This document shows positions 20,081-38,061 of a stretch of DNA of 47,149 nucleotides, piece by piece. Source of the DNA: Hydrurus foetidus (lineage: Eukaryota); assembly GCA_900617105.1 (NCBI GenBank), contig UYFQ01000558.1, positions 1 through 47,149 of the forward strand, written 5' to 3'. The notes beneath the pieces are model-generated. The model saw nothing but the letters and a program-made list of their open reading frames with translations, was not told the origin of the DNA and did not search any database. Made by a program: the position numbers and the translations under genes. Positions within the stretch are counted from its first letter, which is position 1; every line of letters starts with the position of its first letter.

Positions 20081-23000
20081 ATGCCATCTGTTATGACAAC
20101 ATCATCATCGAGTTCGATAAATTTGGAAGCAGCTGCCCATGAGGCTGCGTTAGCCGATGGCATCATCTCGTCATCTTTATCTGACAATAGTAAAGTTAAC
20201 GATACTATATCGAAAACAAAGAAGGCTGGGCTCAGAAGGGGTAAATGGACCGCTGAAGAGGAATCCTATGCTAATAGGCTAATATCTGAGTTTAAGATGG
20301 GACTGTTACCTCTTACTGATGGGACAACTCTTCGGACTTTCTTATCGAAATTGCTTAATTGCGATCCAATGCGCATATCGAAAAAATTCGTGGGAGGAAA
20401 CTGTATCGGCAAGGTTAGTTTTGAATTTCAAGCCTGAATTCAGACCAAATCGTTGTATTGTTTGATAGGGTAGCGAAGCCCTCCAATCGTCTGAAAATGA
20501 TCAGTATTTGAAACCGTGCTCAGAATGGTGTTATGTTTGAATTTCTAACCAAGAAAATCGAGTTAATCGAATTATCTCTTTCACACACGATTCTTGTCTC
20601 CGTGATTACAGCAAGTGTTCCGTAGGAGGGTCGGAGAGCTTGAGAATCTCACTGGTGAGCAGATTGAGAGAAGCAGAAAGGAGCTAGCAGATTTAGAGCG
20701 AAAGTTTTTAGAGCGTGTAGCCCAGACGAATCGGTCTAAGACTGGTGGAGGCGGTGTGGTGAAATGTAAGAAAAAATACCTCAAAACCACTACTAAAAAA
20801 CCCCAAGAATATGTCTGCTGCTTCATTAACTCACTGTGACTGCATACTATCGCACATAGCAAAAGAAGGCAAGGCAGGGGGGTATGGAGACGAAGAAGGT
20901 ACTCTGGCCCCATGGATGATGCCTCCCGAAGATCCGCAATACAGCACCCTAGACGTGCTCTCCACCCAGCCATCCAGCAGTGGCTCCTATCAGCAACAGG
21001 TACCGCATATCTAAGACGCACAATCATCATCTCATCTTCCTTAGATTCCTTTTCTCTTACCACCATCCTGTCCTTATTTTTTCCTTGTTTTTTTACTTCT
21101 GTTTTTCTTGTTTTTTGCCCATCAGAGTCCAAGAGGGTCATATAAAATTCGATTACCCCAATACCAAAACGGAGAACCAGGGGGTCAAATTCAGAATGAC
21201 GGGACGATAGCTTCACACGGCAGCAATGGGGGCTCAAATAGCATGGCAGCTTTGTATGGATTTCCTCCCTATCAACCGCAATATCAGAACCAAGATGCAC
21301 AAATGAACATGTCATCGAATGCGAATCAAAGCAGTATGGGAAATAGAAATAGTAGTAGCGGAGAGGATTATTCTCTCGCATGCAATACTAACATGTCATC
21401 CCACTCAAGTGCCCTTATAGGCAACGGACAGAACAATAACAATAATAATAATAATAATAACAATAATAATAATCAGAGTAGTATTAGTCATAACGGAAGT
21501 AATGACGGGTCGTCTATGAACTCCACTTATTCCCTCACAGGAGGAACTATGGGTGGCATAAACAATAGTAGCCTGGGGTCACTAGGCGTTCTAAATGGTA
21601 TGGACTGCTGTATTTACCTTATTTATCACATGATCTTTTTTGCTCGTATTAGCTGCACTATACTACTCATTCAACAGATCGGAGCAGCATGTAATCTCAC
21701 TAAAAGTTTATCTCTCTCGATTTCAGGGAGTTACAGCAGCAGCTCGTTAGGACGTGTGAACTCTCTAGACGTCCTCTGCTCCCTGGACATCATAAAGTTC
21801 CCCTCCCCTCAAAGCATGGATGGACTGAGTATGTACGGACAAATAGGAGAAGACCCCTTTCCTTGGTCCAGCAACCCGGGGGCCGGGACGGGCCAATACG
21901 GGGGAGGGGGAGGGATGGGAATGGCACCGCTTAACTACCGGTCCTCCCTCTCCCAGTCGAACAATTCGTTTAGTAGATCCTCACTCTGGCCAAGCATGAA
22001 TAACTTGGTGCGATTAAATGATCTGTGACTATATTTTTATTTCTGTGTTTCGTTCTCACTGTCTGGTATTGTCCAAGTCACAAGTAATCAGGAATTCCAC
22101 ATTTTTCTACCCTAAAATTGCCAAATTGCCGCTGAGAACAACGTATATCGCTTAATATTCGTCAAATATACTGGAAGAAAATCTATGACACTGCTGCTTC
22201 TTAGTGCCCCCTCCAATACATCTCACCTTACATCACACAAGTCCTTACAACTGACGTCATTGCTTTCTGTTCTCTCTCATCAATCCCTACGTTTTGTGAA
22301 GGTGAATGCGGCTGAAGCCGTGAGTAACTGCGAGGCGATGGGGGAATCTGACCGGGGACCTTCTGGTACATCCCGGCTAGGGGAACTAAGTACGTACTGC
22401 ACCGTACGTTTGTTGTCTTCATTGTTACCGATATTGGGCTACCATTGTGTATGGTCAAGTGTGGGGCGTATAGATAAAGCTGACAAGTGACTAGTGACGT
22501 GAATTTTACGTACACAAAGTCCAGGACTTAACTGTTCATGATTTTACTGTAAGGCGTCGTAATTTATTACAACACTCTCGATGTCATACCACGCAAGGGG
22601 GATGTGAAAGTGGTCTACTTCATCTTCTTCAAACGTTTAAAATGTGATACCATGCCATATTAGATGATATGAATCATTAATGACACGAATGTCACATAAC
22701 GTGATTCCATTTAATGTTCTGTTATTCTGATGACGTAGGTTCTTTAGGGAGCATGGTGAATATTCACAAGCAGTTCGGAGGAACGGGTCTGGGGTCCATG
22801 CTCTCCTTGGACGGCATTGACTGCAATAATGTGTACGCAGGGGAAGCAGAAGAGGCAGCTGACAAGCCCTACGACAGCAGCACAGACTCACTCAGAGAGA
22901 GGGGGGAAGAAAGGGACAGAGAGAGGGGGGGAGACAGGGATAGGGACAGGGAGATGGGGGTGGGAGAGAGGGCTTCTCAAGATGGACGCACCCACACAAA

Positions 23001-25465
23001 CACTCCCCCCCAATCTATAGGGTTCTCTTTAGACGGCCGACTCTCTGGGGTAACATCAGCAGCGGCACTCCGAGTCAGTGAGATCGAGAGAGCTAGTGCC
23101 CCTATACCAGTAGACCTCGCACTGACAATTAAAAGTGAACCAGATTCAGACGGAAATAGCCGAATAGACATACAGAATCCAACCGGATTGGTCCCAGGAC
23201 ATTCCCCTGATAGTGCGACAGTTTCGAATAATAGTGCTACATCAATGCTTCCCCAGCCACTGGAATTAAATCTCGATCTACCCATACAAAGCGACCACAA
23301 TAATGATCAGAATAACGCACTATTAACAGGCCTGAAAAGTGAAAACAACTTCGCCATGAATACTGCTTCTGGCCATCCGTACGCTAAACAGATGTCTATT
23401 TCGAGTCACTCCGCTGCGCTTATACCGTCCAGCTCCGCATATGGCAATTCCCTTAATTCGCAATACAACAACAATGTGGTACCTATTCCGCTCTCCCAGG
23501 TAATGTATCTATCATGTAGAATAGTAATACAAGAAAAAAAAAGAAGTTGAGACTGTTCAGATATCTTATTCCTCTCTTCTCTTTGTCTCCTTGTCTCTCT
23601 GTGTGTGTCTGCCTGTCTGACTGGTTGTACATCTGCGTATCTGCACTCTGTAACATACAGTTATGCGCACTCTGCAGCGGAAGCGGTACATACGTCACCC
23701 ATGACCCAATATCTCCACCCTCTTTGACATCGTTGCCCAGTCGTCACTTCTCTCTTCATTCATCCATCCTTTCATTGATTCATCACTTCATTAATCATTT
23801 CTCGTCTCATTGATTCATCACTTCTCATTTGATCACTTCATCTCTCCCCTTCCCTTCCAGCCGCAGCACATGCACATGATGCAGCACCAACAGCACCAAT
23901 ACGAACAGGCTCAGATCGCCCAGAAATACCATTTAGCCATGCCCAGGAACTCCTCTGTTGAAAACTTCTGGTGAGTCATCGAAGCTACTCAGCATGATCT
24001 CTATTTGGTGTGTGTGCTCTTGGTGCGAAGGAGCCACCTTTATTTTATTTTGTGTCCTTTATTCGATTTTTGGTACTAGCCACACGAAGCCTGCTTACCA
24101 ATAGACTTGTCAAATACAGTCCCCTCTCTGCCCCATCAATTACTGCCCTTTAATGTCTCCTGTGCTGCCATACAATGCCATCTCATGTAGGATGCTTGTT
24201 GATATGGGCGACTTACCTCAACCGGATAACAATGTTCTATCGGAAACCCTCTGGAACAGCGATCACAATGTGGGGGGGTCAGTGGTGCCCGCAGCAGCCA
24301 TTATAGCCGGGTATAGCGGAGTGCTACCCATAGGAGCTGCTCGTCCCACAGGTACATCGTGCCATTTTAGGATCTGCAGTGCAGTGCAGTGCAGTGCAGT
24401 GCAGTGCAGTGCAGTGCAGTGCAGTGCAGTGCTGTGTTATGCGACCAGTCGTATTGCATGTTTGTTCATCTATCTGTTTGTGTGTGTTTGGATGTGTGCG
24501 TATCTGTCTATGTGCCTGTCTGTCCATCCATCTATCTGCGAACCTACCTGTTTGTTTGTTTGTCTCGCCTTACAGAGGGTCTCACCTTAAACATCAGAAC
24601 AACCTCTGTTTCTTCATCGATATCATCCTTACCACAACCTCGTTCATGCTTCGATCACAACAACTCAAAATTAGGTCAGAAAATCTATCGCGGTAAAGGT
24701 GCTAAGCAGCTTGCCGCAGAACTGGAGGCAGGACAGCAACTGAAGGGCGAGTTAGCTGAGAAGGCGGATTCAGGGGCGGGGGAAGCACAAGGTCGAGGTG
24801 TTACTGCCGTTGCTATCGGACCTCCTCATACACCCGTAATAGGGGTGGGGGTTGGTACGGGGCATGACGGCATGAAGATAACGAATTTCGATGCAGACGC
24901 AGACAGACCGTCCCCTTCGAGTGATGCAGTGTCATTCAGTTTCACCGACATCAGGAAACGCACATCAGATGGAGAGGATCACAGTAACGCAGGTAACAGT
25001 ACAGACCATGCAGATCAGCAGGAGAGCGCTACTGCGCTGTCATCTTCAGTCTACAATTCACAGTCAGAGTTCGGTTCTAGTTCCAGTGCAGAAGAGGCGG
25101 TCAGCGGTGTAGATAACGAAATGCAAACTGCTGTTGCATCTCGTTCTCTAAGCGGTCAAACGTGCGCTCCGACTGTAGATACATTCCAACCGAATGAAAT
25201 AGGTAGTGACGAGGAGGTGCTTGACACGTACGTACGAGATCAGGGACAAAGTCACGGAGTGGGACAGGGAGTGGGTCATACTGAGAGAACGAAAAGAAAG
25301 TTTAACGACCTTGAAGATGTACATACAAATGATCTTAGTGACCATAGAAAAGAGACAGAGAAAGAGGCGGAAGCAGCCGAGATCGATATTGATGTTGAAG
25401 TTGCTTTGCCGCTAATAGAGCGATTAGAGGAATCTGTCATTGCGACAGGCCTGTCGATACCCTAA
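20081..25465 (+). CDS. Myb-like (LRRGKWT..EE) putative transcription factor with long low-complexity C-terminus, multi-exon
   Basis: Exon 1 encodes GLRRGKWTAEEESYANRLISEFKMGLLPLTDGTTLRTFLSKLLNCDPMRISKKFVG, spliced (donor 20414, acceptor 20611) to QVFRRR. Later exons are N/S/G/Q-rich with an SSVENFW-MLVDMGDLP block. The 3' end at 25465 is inferred. Confidence 0.75.
24375..24431. repeat. (GCAGT)n microsatellite, intronic
   Basis: Directly visible. Confidence 0.95.
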
Positions 25466-26994
25466 TCTAATCAATTAATGTTATGAAGTAATTCAAATAA
25501 ATCCCTCACACTGTAATGTCCCGTCCTTAAACATAATGAAATCTGAATTTGGAAAAGATGTAGAATTGATCTAGTCCCTACTACGATGCATTGGTCGTAT
25601 CGCGAATAGCACAGCACGACAAGGCAAAAGACTGAATTAGTATGAAATACTACTTTGTCTTTCCCACCTTGTGCGTACCGTATTTGCCAACAAACCCACC
25701 ACCCACCTACTCGAAAGTAATTCTTACTTCCTACCCATCTCCTGACATTCACCCTACTGGAACTCTGCTTTTTACAAACAGCACGTCCTTTCTCATCCCA
25801 AACCGCACCACACCACCCACATATGAATCCATTCACCCACACCCACCATACCACACCATTTTGCAGCCTTTGCTCCTTTCGCATGTAGACCGTTTCAGCA
25901 TTACATTTGCTCGAAAGTTGTACTCCCTCTCTATATACTGTTGATAAAACACTCGTTATCGGAGGAACTGATTCCGCCATTTAATTTCTAATTTTTCTGG
26001 TGAACTTATCCAAGCCGGTTTGATGCGGTCAAATCCCTTTAAACTATCCTTCCTCATTGAGGCGGGAACATGAGACAACAACTGACTCCCATTGGTAAGA
26101 TGACATGGTAGCATTGCGAGATGATAACTAACTGCCCCGACTGATGCATCGATGTCTCAACCGGTCCTCCCCAGCGAGTGACATTAAACTGCATACTGGT
26201 GTTGTCCGAAGAAGATAGCTGCGATCATTTTAGAAGAGGTGCAGGTAGAGGGATGACTCAGAGGAAGGTGCACCATAATCCTGACTATGATACCAACTGA
26301 AGTTGCAGGCAGACATGTACAATGTCCACATGCGACTCCACCACTAAGTAAAGGACTGGGATACTAAATCCAGATGCCATTACATTTCCCCTACACTACT
26401 ACATTGCTTCGATTACAGGGACTCCCAAATCAAAGTATTTAGCTTGGTAGAGAGATGGAACCAGGAGTGCAGACAAGGCAGTACGGTTGCTGCATGATAT
26501 TATTCCCACCGTATCCTGCATTATGGTTGTCCTCGTCATCGAAGCAATCTCTCGCAACTACCAGCTGTTGAAGATGCTGCATTACTCCAATTTGTATCGG
26601 ACGCATTCCACCAACAGCTTCATCAATATGTCGCAGACTGCAGTGATGCCACATGTACTACCAACGAATCGGAATCATTGCTGACCTGGCGGTATTCTGT
26701 ATTCTGTAAGTATACGTATACACCGTATCTTTACTGTCCGATGATGCGTGTGTACCTTTATTCAGGGGGGTCTTGTCAGTATAGCATGAAAAATGCATCA
26801 TATTATTTTTTACTCCTCAAAAAGTCCCGAAAAACGCGGAGGTTATGGATTCCATTATGAGAGTAGTCCCTCTCTTTTGTCACACTACGTTTAACTGTAA
26901 GGAACATTCATGCCACGTTCAAACTAGCTTAACATCGGCAGAGAAGAGGAAGTCCGTGCTTTAGCGGTCTGAAGCATCCGAAGACTAGTGCGCT

Positions 26995-32083
<5,089 letters not shown>

Positions 32084-33377
32084 GTCGAGTTGAATGAAAC
32101 AATAGAGAAGAGATAAGAAGTGCACTGAAACAAATCGGTCCCGTAGTGTTACTTTGTAGGATACCACAGTGGTTCCCTTTCGTCCCCACCACCTATCCTA
32201 TCCTCTCGTGCCATACCTACAGCTCCTTCTTCTCCTTTTTGATTGTGATGTGGCTGGCAACAGAGCCGCCCATATCTACCTTCATCCTGCTTTCTATCAA
32301 TCTTTAGTCTTCGTCTCTTTCTTTCTTCCTGCGTGTGCTAATCAGTACTATTCTGATCACTACCCCCGCTCCTCTCCTCTCCTTTCCTGCACTGCAATCG
32401 TGTAGCCCCACCTTCTTCTCTCCCCTCCCTTCACTCCAATCTAATCTAGTCTTCTTGAGTATTCAGTAATACGAGGGATGAATGATGGACTTCGTGACAG
32501 TCTGGTTTATTCTATAGATCTGAGTGTTTGCTGCCCCTGTTTCTATCTCTACCACTCCCTCTTTCTCCCCAATTTATTTTAATTTCAATGATAGGCTGCC
32601 TGAATTGTCTCGTCTCTAAGATAACATCCGAGTCAAGCCATTACTTCATTAAAGCATCAATGTTCTTTTTTTTACAAATCATCCAGCGTTTATTTTCACA
32701 ATTATCATGTCGGGTTTGGCAACGTCCCTCCCTCCCCCCCATCACACACACACCCCACCCTGTCACCGTAAATCTTCCTCAACTCCGCTACTAGCTTTTA
32801 TCCATCGAGGTTCGTTCGCTACCACAGCTTTGCTGCTCCCACACCATACCACACCCCGCACTCACCACGACGAGCTACTCCTCATATACTCTCATTCCAA
32901 TTCAATTTCATCGTACTGAATCAATTGTTGTATAGTTTTATTGTTCTCGTCAAGTTATGGGCCTCAAGTAATAATTCGATGTGAACAATTCCCTAGGTAG
33001 TAACTGCAAAGAAAGTTGTACGTTCATCGCTCCCGTGAAGACCCTTAATATTCTATATTCTTGTGCCTAATTTGACTAGAGGGCATTTTTGTCGAGTGTA
33101 TAATAACTCACTTCTTTGTCGATACTTCATAAAGTTACTTGCTTTATTTTGATATACTAAAATTAAAACTGCGGGTTGTTTGTCACGTCACAACTCTTCG
33201 TAGTTTGCAAGAGGTCAATAATGTGAAATACTCCGCACTGTTGGAAAACTGGAAACTGAACTGCCTCCACGAGATAATCAACAGAAAGTCAAAAAGTCGG
33301 TAGAAAAAGTAGTCTACTGAATAAGTATATACAAATCACGTAAAGAAATGTACGGAATCGTCATCTGACTACAGTTC

Positions 33378-34182
33378 CTAACTTGTACGTGCAGCGCATA
33401 TCCTAGTGCCCAAAGTGCTGAATTCAAAAACACAAGTATCTTCGTCTAAGTAAGAAACTGGAAATTTTGAGAAATCTTCGATGAAACCTCTCGTGCCTAT
33501 TCTTTGAATCAGGTTGGGGAGAATATGCCTGCTGACGTCAGATAATAATGCTGGCGTATCGTTGTCATCGCTGGCTACATTCCACCATATGTTGTCCCAT
33601 TTTACTCGACAAACGGTGCCCGAAACACTGTCAACTTTACCTGATTTCGGTGACAACACTGGAGTTAGAATAAAGATGCAATTGTGAGACTGATGTTCTG
33701 AAATGAAATTGTGTACCTTGTGTGTTCAGCCACCCCTTGCCGAAAATTTTGCTGTCATAACGCACGTTGGATATTATTCCTAACACTTTTCCGCCATCAA
33801 CGTCGAGAAACTTGTAACAGACTGAAAATTCAGTAAATAGAACTTTGCCGAGAGTTTTGATGTGGGGTGCATAAATGACATCCCAATTTCCCTTTGAAAA
33901 CTTCAGAAGTGATGATTGACTACTGGGCTCGGAAGTCGGGTTGTCTTTCACCATATTCTTCAGCAGTATTTCTAAGTTTTTGGGATCCTTATTTGAAAAA
34001 ATAGGATTTCCTGAGCGTGCCTCAGTCAACTCGTTAAGAAAGATCTTCTTTGATGACAAAGTACTTTGCACTGGGCTCATAAATTTCAGTCCCCAAACTC
34101 TCTCATTTAAATTGGAGCAAACAACGGACACAATGAGGAGTATCGCAGACTTGCGATAAAGATTGAACTTGAACGACTTCAT
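33378..34182 (-). CDS. Putative plastid-targeted fibrillin/PAP-like beta-barrel protein, 2 exons
   Basis: ORFs 34182-33717 and 33640-33378 are joined in frame by a 76-nt GT-AG intron. N-terminal hydrophobic leader, NPT..P...GNWDVIY motif and C-terminal SYLDED.CVF. Confidence 0.55.
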
Positions 34183-34777
34183 TCAACCAATTCGATGAGG
34201 CAGCAACGGAATGACAGCGATTCAATTGAGATGAAGATTCTACTGAGAGAGGTAAAGCGTTCTCTCACTGCTGCTGCTGCTGCTGGTAGAATGCGGGAGT
34301 GCACGTACGTGATTCGCGTTTTTCAGGATGTTGTGTACATTCTTCATTTAGAGCTTCTACAGTCGGGGTCGGCTGGAGCCGACATTTAATATGGAGTGAT
34401 ACGGCGATTGTATCTCCTCAAATGATAACATCTTATTCCATCTTATTATCTGTCTATTCGATAGATCTTGAGCAGGCGTGCATGGTAGACTGATTACATT
34501 TTTTATTTTTTAGTTACTGAAGGAGGAGATGACTTTTCTATTCTACACTCAAAGTCGCTGATGTGGCACTGACCGTACGTACAGGTCTCACGCATACGTA
34601 CGTACTTCAAAAATGTGCGTACGGATGCCGTGAGGTACATCAAAATGAGTGGAATTCAAGCATGTATCTGCGTCAACCCGCTGACTTAAAAATACGGGAA
34701 TTTCTGGAGGTATTTTGCTGTCGAGAAGTCTTGAAGGACCGGCATTCAAACGACGGCTCCCAGCTCTCACAATAAAA

Positions 34778-35374
34778 ATGCCTAAAAAGAGTTTTCGATC
34801 GAGGTTGGCAAGATCTCAACGATCAGATGCGTCAAATGTCTTCGTGAGCACCAAGGAAGTACAGGACGAACTGGAAGAACTATGGTGTTCAGATGACGAA
34901 TTATGCCCCATTCCAAGTTTCTTGATAGATGACGCTGACATTGAGCACAGCGAAGATGACGAAGAGAAAGATGAAGAATTTGAACTGAATGTCCCCGACA
35001 TGGAATCATTAACCGAATTGATAAGTGATGTGAAAGCAACAGAGAAAAGATGGAGGGAGACGGATTTTAATGCAGGAGTTCGAGGATATGGCACGAGCAA
35101 AAGAACTTTCTACAGAAATAATGCGAAGGTAGCACAACGAGTCGCAAGCGGTGAAGGTTCCACAGGGCTAATGTCATGGTTGAGGTCACACACTTCGACC
35201 GACAACTTGGATTTGGCGAGTTCAATCTCAACCTTTGAAGCGGAAGCAAACGACGATGTAGATATAGAGAACAACATTGAGAATGATGAAACCGATTACT
35301 TGGAACACAACGATATATTTGATGAGATTCTTAATTGCGATACTAACGAAGAGGGTACTCGAGGCAGTAGCAGT

Positions 35375-35406
<32 letters not shown>

Positions 35407-37269
35407 TAGAAATAATAGAAGTAATAGGACAAGCAATAAAGAAATTGTCAAAAATAAATACAGCAGAAGTGAAGCAATTGCATTACTTCTTAATACTCAC
35501 GCGAATGTTTCAAGAAATGTGGCCGTCGAATTGAAGAAAGGTTTGCAGCATTATCAAATTCTGCAGGCGACAGCAATCGCTAAATACTTTCAGTTACTTG
35601 AAGAAGGTACTCCTGTCATGAAAGCGAGTTACTTAGTTGCTTCTTTTCTCTACAGAAAAACAGCAAGAAATTCCTATAAAGCTCGATGCATCCGAGGGTG
35701 GGCATCTTATTATCTTCAAACCGGAGAGTTAAGAAAGTTTATTCAGGGGACGAATGTCAAGACAACAAGTGTAATAACAGACGAAAATGTGGCGTCACTA
35801 TTCAAATCACATCTGCGTTTGATGAAAGATGAGGATCGATCACCTGTGTCATTTCAGTCACTATTGAATGAATCCCTATTGATGGAAATCCCCGGTGCGC
35901 CTAAAACGATAAGCAGAAAGACTGCAACACGATGGTTATATCACTTAGGGTTTCAGCCACGGAAGCAAAGGAAGGGGTACTACACAGACAATCATAACAG
36001 AGAAGATGTCATGAAATATAGAGACGAATCATTCTTACCTCAGATGCTTCAGTACGAAAGAAGAATGATGTACTTTGAAGGCGAAAATATGGATGTTGAA
36101 TGTCCACCTACTCTACTTGATAGAGAGCGTCAAGTTGTACTGATAACACATGACGAAACAACATGCTACTGCTGTGAGGGGAAAGCATTTATGTGGATGG
36201 AGGATGGAAAAAATAAGTTGTTACCTAAAACAAAAGGCACCTCAATCATGATTAGCGGATTTGCTTGCAAATGTCATGGATTTTATGAAGAATTTATTGA
36301 AGACGTCCTAGTGAGGTCATTTCAATTTTTGAGGCAGGTACAGCAAGGGATGGATGGTTCACGAATGCTGATCTAGTCGCTCAGTTTGAGGTACTCACCC
36401 CACTCATAAAAAAGATGCATCCTGGATGCGATATTGTCATTGCTTTTGATAATAGCATGACTCACCATGCAAAGGTAATGATTGCTATAATAATATTTTC
36501 GTTAATATTTGTGAATCAAAACTAAATTCATGCGATGATGCGTTAGGTACCCAATGGTTTGGACGTCAACTTTCTGAAGTTGAGTGACGGAATGTCATCA
36601 GGAACGAAGACATTGATGAAGGCAGGATGGTATATAGATGACAACAATGTGAGACTCATTCAATCAATGCAGAACGAGAATGGGATCCAGAAAGGTGTGA
36701 GAACAATCCTCAAAGAAAGAGGTAAACATAGAAATGCACAAGGTCACGATCTACCGCTACAGTGTCGTTACTGTAAGACCAAAGTCACTCCAGAAGAGAG
36801 AGCATTGGCAATATCTGATGGACACTTACAACAGAATTGCTGTGCATCTCATGTCCTCGCAAATGAGCCTGATTTCCTAGAACAAGATGAATGGTTGACA
36901 GAAGTAGTTCGTAAAGCGGGATTTGACATTATTTTTTATCCGAAGTATCATTGCGAATTGAATTTTATAGAAATGATGTGGGGGTGGATAAAAAGTTATC
37001 ATCGTAGGACGTGCACTTACAATTACAAGGACTTAAAGCTTGCACTGCCAGAGACTCTCATGACGAAGATGCCTCTCGCCTTTGTAAGACGAGCTGAACG
37101 CCACTGCTCCCGATTTATGAGCGGATACAGGTTAGGCCTCGAAGGTCCTTTGCTAGACTTCTCCATGAAGAAGTATGCCAGTCATCGCTCCATTCCTGTA
37201 GGCGTAATCAATACATTAACAGCAGATTATGAAAGATATTCATCTAGCAAGAAAATAAAAAAGAATTAA
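34778..37269 (+). mobile_element. IS630/Tc1/mariner-superfamily DDE transposase gene (one frameshift, one intron)
   Basis: ATG at 34778; HTH-like ISRKTATRWLYHLGF; catalytic blocks LITHDET, GTSIMISGF, IAFDNS.THH and FYPKYHCELNFIEMMWG. The frame shifts at CAATTTTTGAG (~36323-36333). A 72-nt GT-AG intron lies at 36475-36546. Element termini not identified. Confidence 0.88.
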
Positions 37270-37311
37270 AATGTAGGTTATTATAAAGTTGAACTGTAAT
37301 TTAAAAAAAAC

Positions 37312-38061
37312 CAGCGTTGTCCCTGTGAAGTAACAACAAATGAGAATCTCGAGCAAACAATGCCAAACAGAATCAGGCAGAGTTGTCTCTGTAAAGTAAC
37401 AACAAATGAGAATCTCGAGCAAACAATGCCAAACAGAATCAGGCAGAGTTGTCTCTGTAAAGTAACAACAAATGAGGATGTCGAGCAAACAATGCCAAAC
37501 AGAATCAGGCAGAGTTGTCTCTGTAAAGTAACAACAAATGAGAATCTCGAGCAAACAATGCCAAACAGAATCAGGCAGAGTTGTCTCTGTAAAGTAACAA
37601 CAAATGAGGATGTCGAGCAAACAATGCCAAACAGAATCAGGCAGAGTTGTCTCTGTAAAGTAACAACAAACGAGAATCTCGAGCAAACAATGCCAAACAC
37701 AGTCGAGCAGAGTTATCTCTGTGAAGTAACAACAAATGAGAATCTCGAGCAAACAATGCCAAACAGAATCAGGCAGAGTTGTCTCTGTAAAGTAACAACA
37801 AATGAGAATCTCGAGCAAACAATGCCAAACACAGTCGAGCAGAGTTATCTCTGTGAAGTAACAACAAATGAGAATCTCGAGCAAACAATGCCAAACAGAA
37901 TCAGGCAGAGTTGTCTCTGTAAAGTAACAACAAATGAGAATCTCGAGCAAACAATGCCAAACACAGTCGAGCAGAGTTGTCTCTGTAAAGTAACAACAAA
38001 TGAGGATGTCGAGCGGACAATGCCAAACACAGTCGAGCAGAGTTATCTCTGTAAACTAACA
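37312..38061. repeat. 66-bp minisatellite, about 11.4 near-identical copies
   Basis: Unit ctgtaaagtaacaacaaatgagaatctcgagcaaacaatgccaaacagaatcaggcagagttgtct recurs with period 66 (e.g. 37323, 37389). It is seen as 22-aa repeats in three reading frames. Confidence 0.97.

Noticed and set aside
26439..26760. Possible ubiquitin-like pseudogene on the minus strand (RIPPGQQ*FRFVG)
   Set aside because: Only a short motif resembles ubiquitin's IPPDQQRLIF; the flanking sequence does not support it.
37312..38061. CRISPR array or BspA/FNIP leucine-rich-repeat gene
   Set aside because: Units are contiguous with no unique spacers and there are no cas genes. The minus-strand LPDSV resemblance lacks the rest of the LRR consensus.
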